Positions 54,601 to 64,000 of a DNA stretch of 64,000 nucleotides are shown here, one piece after another. Each line of letters opens with the position of its first letter. Position 1 is the first letter of the stretch. Source of the DNA: Kudoa neothunni. Its lineage: Eukaryota > Animalia > Cnidaria. Under the pieces are notes generated by a model. That model worked only from the letters and a program-made list of their open reading frames with translations. It had not been told where the DNA came from and made no database searches. A program made the translations under genes and the position numbers. The DNA is taken from NCBI GenBank assembly GCA_964304625.1, contig OZ199838.1, forward strand, positions 8,457,794 through 8,521,793, written 5' to 3'.

Positions 54601-55461
54601 TATTTATCCACACGTAATGTCAATAAAATCCAAATAAAATTTAAATATTAACATTATAATATGTCAATTAACAATTACAGTTTGAAACAATCTGTTAGAA
54701 ATGTTTTTATCGTCATATTTTATAATTTAAGCTATACTTACAATCATTGGGTAGAAATGATTCAAGTTATCATTTTTTTATACGAAACGTTGGGCGTATT
54801 TCTGAGAGAGCATTTTTGGTTTCTCTGTACTCACAACATTTGACATGACCATTTTTACTGAAACTATCACTGTGTTGGGGATTATCACTTTAATTTGATC
54901 TCATTTTTTCGGTCCATTGTTAATATTTATCATTGGTAATTATAAATTATAGGTGTTTTAAGGATTCAAAAAGATTTAGATTAAATTACTAAAATTTCAT
55001 AATTTTTAATAATTTTTTAGTTTATATATTATTAAAATTATGTTCCTTCTTAATTAAAACGATATATTATTACTAATGAAATATTTTTCATATAGTTTTT
55101 TTTAAATCGTTATGTTCTATATTCTGATATCAATTCATGAGTTGTTTGTAATAAAAAAATAAAGCGCCTATAATAATAACATTATAAAAACACAAAATTT
55201 CATTAATTGGCTAAAAACTCTCGAAATACATTAGATGTTTCATGACATATTTTATATTCAATTGTTTATAAGTCAACTCGTTATCGATAGAACCACTCTC
55301 TTAATTAACATTAGCACGTACGCGTAAAAATATAACACTACTGCACAACAGGGTCCAATGGACCTTGTTCGTACGTACAAGTGTTAACGTTTTAAAGAGC
55401 ACCGTGGATTGAGGTTGTTTAGATAAATAAAATGAAATTCAGCACAACACACAAATATCTA

Positions 55462-58425
55462 TTATGCGGTATAAACAACTTCGTCTTTGCGTTTTTTTTG
55501 AATAACTGTTCCAGGCTTGTGTAAAGCTTCCGGATGGTGTAATAATTCGTTGGGGCATATACTTGCTGGACTTTGCATCAGCATCGTTCTCAAGTCGTAA
55601 TACAAATGGGTATCGTCAGGAGTGAGGAAAGTGATTGCAATACCATTCTTACCAGCACGACCAGTTCTACCAACACGATGAGTGTAATCCTCGATAGTTT
55701 TGGGAACGTCATAGTTTAAAACTAAAGAAACATCCTTCACATCTATACCACGACTGGCGACGTCAGTTGCCACCAGAATGAATTTGGCGCCGGTTTTAAC
55801 TTCACGTAAAGATGCTTCTCTATATATCACCATTGATCGAATATAAACGCCAAAATATTTTTACCTTTGTTCCTGGCTTTTACCACCATGCAAAGACACA
55901 GCCGAATACTATAAGCATTCAAACCATCGAGAGATAAAAACAAAAAACATTTACTCCGATTTTATCCAATGACTTGGCCAATAGATCAGCTCCTTTTTTC
56001 TGATTAACAAATATAATGATAGGAGGTCCATAAATTTCAGACTCGAGAATTTCAAGCAATCGTTTCCTACATATATAATCATAACCAACTAGTTCGCTGG
56101 AATTATCAAAGGATTACTTCTTCTTAGCTTCACTAACCATTTCAAACGCGTTGTTCAACGCGTTCCACGGGTTTACCAACCGTACCAATGTAAATTGTAA
56201 CCGGTCGTCTATCCAACCTTAATTCAAACTAGTTCCTAGTAACTCAAATACCTCAGATATTGTTGAGCAAGTCTTTCGATTGCTGGTGACATTGTTGCTG
56301 TAAACATACACGTCTAATTACATACAAATTTAAAAACAAAATGATTATTTTAGCGATAAAAAGACTAAAGAAAGTCGTAAATTTTATAATTATTTAATCA
56401 CTGTTCGTGAATTTATGAAATGAATATAATTTTTGTTACTTGTCTGTATTTTTCTCTATTTCCTAAGCTGATTTTCAATTGATCAACATCTTCAGTTTCT
56501 TCAGAGTCCGGTTTTATGTTGGTTAGAGGTAGATAATCAAGAACTGCTTTTCAAACTCTCCTCAAAGCCCATATCAATCATACGATCTGCTTCGTCCAAC
56601 ACAATATAAGAACACTGAGAGAGAATGACATATCGAGATTCTATTTAATTAATTAAATAAACCATAATAAAACTGTAAGAGAAGAGTGTGTATCTCACCT
56701 AGCACATCCAAAAGACGACCCGGTGTCGCAATAATGATCTATTATCATAGAAAACCTTTGATTAGTTAAAATATAAATAACCTCACAACCCAATCTTAGC
56801 TGGAGACCTTGTTCCTCTTTTGACATCTAAAAAACCAATGTATAAAATTTCAGTAACTTTATTGGAACACATACACCACCAACTAGCGATACGGTTCTAA
56901 TTCCTAGCGGTTTCGCAAATTTTATAGTTTCTTGTTCAATCTTAAATGGTTATTATTTGTAACAATTTTAAAATAGACCAACAAATAGATTATACTTGTG
57001 TAGCCAATTCTCTAGTTGGTGCTAAAATAATAGCGTACGGACTTTGACTTGAGTCAGTTATTCTAAAATTGACACAAATTATGATGGCATCATTATAAAA
57101 TTCATATTCCAGAAAAAATACTGATTCACCCTAGGAAGATCCATAATCCACACCAACAAAGGGAGAACGAAAGCAGCAGTTTTACCACTACCAGTTTCAG
57201 CAATACCAATAACATCACGATTCAGCATACCGACTGGAATGCCGATTTTTTGAATTGGAGTGGGATCCTCGTAACCCAACGAATAAACGACTTTAACAAG
57301 TTTTTTAGGAAGACCAGATTCTTCCCAATTTCTAATTGGATTAGGAACAGATCCACCTATAAATGTGTATTGTAATAAGAACTTAAATATCTTTAGACCC
57401 ATTCTATATACCTTTTGTAACTATACTAAAGTCCTCTTTGAAAATACGCCAATCTCTTGGAGTCATATCTTCAAGGGGTTTTTTAGTCCAGTGTCTATCT
57501 TTGTGGGCAATTTTTTAGCCTTAGATCGTTCTTCACGTAGACGTTTCTTTTCACGTTGTTTTTCTAACTCAGACCGTCTGCTGTCCATCAAAATCTTCGT
57601 AGAACTTTGATAACTCTTTCTTCTGTACTTTTATATCGATTCCCGCTATATGACCTCTCCCAAAAAGTTGGATTTGATGTTTGTTGCTGTATAGATCATT
57701 GTAATCGTGAGAAGTGTCTTCTTTGGCTTCCCAATCGAACACAAATTTTTTTTCGGTGTAGTGACGAGAACGCTTTTTCCGTTTAACAGCCCCTAAATAC
57801 TTGTCCTTGATAGCATTCAGTTGGGCGACTTCATAACTCTAAATCGAAAGTTATGTTTTGATACAGTTCAATTATATAATCAATTTACATCTGAATCCTT
57901 TATTTCATTTTGCACTGTTCCATTCTTATCCTTATTATCTGATCGGCGACTACTTCCACCACTGGTAGAACGGTACGAGCCCTCTTTATCAGCATAATTG
58001 TTGCCTTTTTAAGCATTAAAAAGACAAATAAATCAAAAAAATTCAACCTTCGATTTTAGCTTGTTTCATGAATTCTTCTCTTTTCTTTTTAGTCTCTTCA
58101 TAAAGTTGCCGTTGTTTTGCAGCTTCTTCCTTTCTTCGTTCTATTGCTAGCTGTTGGCGTTCTTCTTTAGTGAGAAATTTCGGTCGTTCTTCTTGCTTCT
58201 TTTCATCTTCATGTTTCTGCAATAATTCTTCTAGTGATAAAGGCTGCCTAGAAATAGTAAATTGATGAAGAATCACGAAAAACCTGTTTTTTGGGGGTTT
58301 CATTGACGTCAGTTGGGATTTCTTCGGTCAATTTAGAATCAGCCTCGTTTTCCCCCAACTTTTGATTCAGTCTCAATACGATTTTTTTTAGTTTTTGAAC
58401 GATCTTTATTCTTATGGGACACCAT
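55462..58425 (-). CDS. DDX23: DEAD-box splicing helicase DDX23/PRP28, multi-exon, with several apparent +1 homopolymer indels
   Basis: QPLSLEELL...[68 protein letters not shown]. Stop at 55462-64. Confidence 0.95.
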
Positions 58426-58759
58426 TGCGCGATTTACACATGCGCAAGTTCTACTCACCCGACGAAGCGGCGCTCTATTCAAACCTTAATTTCGATTCTA
58501 CTGCTTTTATATATTTATTTTATCTTCTGAAATGTAAAAAATTTATTCTCAAATTGTATTAAATTATATAACGATAATACCAACAATCTGTTTTCTTAAT
58601 TAGTTTCGTGGGTTTTAGCTAGTTCGTTGATTACAATAAAAATTCGGTTGAATTTTTTAATCTAGAGATATTTTAGGGCAATTTTTACATTGATTCCTAT
58701 TTAAATCGACGGCAACAGCTAATAAACAGCTAATATCGTATTTGGATTATTGGCCGTAG

Positions 58760-60624
58760 ATTGTGAAATGTCTTATTAATCTGACAATGGGTGCATTGCA
58801 CGCATATTGGATCATTTGACTGGAGCTCGAGAAGGTCGCGAGTTTGAATTGCGCCCTTTCAGGGCCCGGCTTCACAATTCTCGCATTTTCTGGATCCATC
58901 TTTTTCTTTTCATTGTTGTTTTGAATATTTGTTTTAGATTGCTCTAAAAGTTCTATTGATAACTTTTTTAGGAATTGTCTTTTCGACTGAAGATTGTATT
59001 AACTAAGAAATTGAGGGTCCTAGTCCCATGCAGTTGAAATGTGTTGTATGCCGCCGCATCTGTTATGCTCTATAATACAGCTAATGACCGGCGTCTAATA
59101 CAATGATTCAAAATGTTTTCAACCTCATGGAATCTCTTATTGTTTGGGTAAAAATTGTTTCCCACATGCCTTTTTGTGGTTACTGTGTGAAGTCCTCAGC
59201 TAAAAAATACATTTTGATGAAAAATGATCATTATTTTAAATATTATAAATAACAAATATTTATATGTGAATGGACGAATCATTGATATGTGAATTAATAA
59301 GTGTACATTTAAAATTAATTATATACTTACATATATCATAAAAATTTGAAATTTTCCCCACAGAAAAAACTTTTCATTAATTCTTCAGATTAAAGAAAGT
59401 GATTTGAACCAAAAAAATAATTGATTTAAAACATTTTTTATTCCTCGTGGCAATCTTTGTAGTTAAATGAAAATAAGAAACTTTCTTATTTTATTCTTGG
59501 ATCTGATAAAAACTTTGCGCAGAACGAGAAATAAAAGATTTCCGCGTCCGTCAAACTCCTGGCACTAGCTCTTTGAATCCTAAAGATTCGGTTGAATTCC
59601 AGTTGGGAATCACGGATGTAAAACCTTAGTTTGTACCAAAAGTATTTTCAGAATTTGTTCACCTTTCGATTTAAGTTGGCTGTGGATATTTTTGTCATTG
59701 TCATCCCTCCGCAGGAATGACGTTTGATGAGACCTCAATTTCTGTATCGCTGTCAAAATCAGGGTCATCATTCTCACCGTTAATGGGTCCATCAATAATT
59801 GTGTCTATTTCCTCAACATCGTTGGATCGACTTATATCAGAATCATCTGATAAAAGAAACACAAAACCCTCGCCGTTATTCATTGTTACACTGGTCACTT
59901 CCTACTAACACCCTGTTTTTTTCCAAAAAATGGCGTAGAATATCCAGAATAATGGAGAGTAGCACAGATGTGTCCGTAACATCTGCGAATACGCTGTAAG
60001 AATCTAGAAGATTACGCAAAACTACGATAATTCCTTAACTGCCTGGATAATCGCACCATCCATGATCATCTGTAGACTTGTCACAATTGAATACATATTC
60101 AAACGATAATTGTGCTCAAATAAGAATAAAAATTTGAAATTAAATTTCCGTACTAGTTCAATTTATTCAAATGTCATTGATATGAAATTTATAATGCATT
60201 ATCCGGAAAATCATAGGGATAGACTGGAGTGCCCACCTTACTAAACGCTTGGAAGTGAACATTCCTTCTAAAATTTATGCATCCATAACTCATTTTAACT
60301 TGAGGAAATTTAACTGGAAATATGAAAACATTCTTCAGATTCGACACGTAAAATATTAACATTATAAGACTTTCATTAGAATAGTAAATTCAAAACATAC
60401 TTTGCTGGCCAGCGTATCCACCCAGGCATGCGCGGAACTTTTTTTAAATGGACGATCCATGTATCTTAGACTTTAAATAATTAACTACAATCTAATATGC
60501 GGAATAAAAATTCCAGAGAAATAGAATACAAGAAATATGAATATTAAGAGACTTTAAAAAGTATATTATATTTTAAGAAAACCATCTACGTGGACACTCT
60601 GTCCGCGTTTAGGCATCGGAGGGG
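58760..60624 (-). mobile_element. piggyBac remnant; left boundary approximate
   Basis: Right end ggcatcggagggg|ttaa; acidic N-terminal ORF at 59701-59898; RRRSLAVLYSITDAAAYNT at ~59040-59097. Confidence 0.6.
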
Positions 60625-60648
60625 TTAAGGTTATAGTTCGGTCTAGTT

Positions 60649-62556
<1,908 letters not shown>

Positions 62557-63289
62557 ATTGAAAAAAACTTTAGGATTAAAAATAGGAAGGGATATAATTG
62601 GTATTTATCCTTCATTTGAAAATATGTTTACACTAAATATTTTATTCTTCTTGAATCAGTTACCTCACTTATGATTTATGGAAGTATACAAATTATCCAA
62701 AGTTAGTTCATAATCTATTATTATTTAATTAACATTGATAACTTCATTAGTTATTTAGGATTTTATTATTGTTTGTTTATTTGTGGGGTGACAATATTCA
62801 GCTAACGAGATTTAGGTAAAAAATTTTCTTATCATTAAATTTTACACAAAAGCATGCATATCTTGCAAGATTGGGGAATTTTATTCTCTAATTGACAGTG
62901 CAATAATGAAGATTGTGGCATCTAAAGACCATCTTCACTAATCAAATTTTTCTTTTAATATTTGTTTTTGAAAGCAAAGAAATTATGGACTCTATAGTAC
63001 CACCACAAAGGTCACTTTTAAATTTATAGATTGCAACAAAAAGAGACTTGGAGCACGTGTTATCTCCATTATGTTGTTCTTACTTCGGAATTTTGTTTAT
63101 TTTTTTTACAATCCTATTTAATTATTTTGAATGTTTTAGTATAATTTTTTTGGATCACATTTGATTTAGCTCCCCCCCCCCCCGTTAAAATTTCCGTTTT
63201 TACTGATTATTAATTAATACGTTTGTGGATGTGCCGCCGTTAATATTACCTCATTAGATAGATTAAGCCGACAAAGTATACTATTTAAC

Positions 63290-64000
63290 GGTTATCTACC
63301 GATTATCATTAGATCTGCGCAAATGATTTCTCCAAGAAGATCTTTTGGTAATATTTTTTGTAATGAGGATAAATCTATACAATATCTTATCAATATTGGT
63401 ATCTTCAATGCACCAACTAACTGAATAAAATGTAATGGAACAAGCCATCCCATACATCGAAAAAATTGGCGATGCTGCTCCAAAATGTGCAGAAAATTAA
63501 ACTCCACGATTTTCTTGAGTTATCGTATTACTGGTTGGTGGGTGCAAAAAGTGTTAACCTGGGAATAATTATCGAACACTCTTCTCAAACAATCACCAAT
63601 TACTGTCACTATCTTCGCCAGCTGGTAGCAGATAGTCTTGACTTTGAGGATATGGTTATTGAAGGAGAAAATATAATTATAGAGACTGATGAGTCTAAAT
63701 TTCGAAAGGTGAAGCATAACAGAGGGTATGGCGTTAATGGAGCATGGGTTCCTGGCAGAACCGCTGAGACTCTTATCCATAAAATTCAAACGTACGTCCA
63801 TCCTGGCTCTATTATAAATGATTGCTTCAAAAGTTATGGAACACTACATAATTTCTACGCTCACCTCACTGTAAATCACATATAGAATATATAGATAGTA
63901 CTACAGGAGCTCATACAAACACCATTGAATGCACTTGGGGTGCTATCAAATATAAAATATCACCAAGAAACAGGACATCTTCGGTTAATGAAGATGGTTC
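63290..64000 (+). mobile_element. Merlin-like transposase pseudogene, runs off the window
   Basis: IETDESKFRKVKHNRG, RTAETL, DCFKSY, TVNH, GAHTNTIECTW. Confidence 0.88.

Noticed and set aside
56314-56440. Intronic C/D snoRNA in the longer DDX23 intron
   Set aside because: No canonical box C (RTGATGA) or box D (CTGA) pair and no terminal stem.

Overview
This is AT-rich eukaryotic genomic DNA from a fast-evolving animal with very short (mostly ~40-60 nt) GT-AG introns. A parasitic lineage such as Myxozoa is my inference and cannot be proven from this window. By hand-splicing I recognise six intron-containing host genes: MFSD12-like transporter (+), a PH + oxysterol-binding-domain protein of the ORP9/10/11 type (-), PCNA (-), ACTL6/ARP4 (+), CCDC47 (+) and DDX23/PRP28 (-). 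Nearly everything between them is decayed, often nested DNA transposons from seven groups (MULE, IS630/Tc1, pogo, piggyBac, hAT, Merlin, Helitron); I recognised no retroelement. Most notable: (1) the ORP-like protein appears to have lost the EQVSHHPP signature and KPxNP motif; (2) two diverged IS630/Tc1-like elements share an unusual D-32-E catalytic spacing; (3) the 13.6-kb ACTL6-CCDC47 spacer looks like one hAT insertion filled with up to four levels of nested elements; (4) a Helitron family shows a clean A^T insertion; (5) a piggyBac transposase may carry a host-type intron; (6) a long-TIR Merlin element may carry cargo. Repeated +1 homopolymer insertions in DDX23 and MFSD12 point to assembly errors. 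All alignments were done by eye against sequences recalled from memory.
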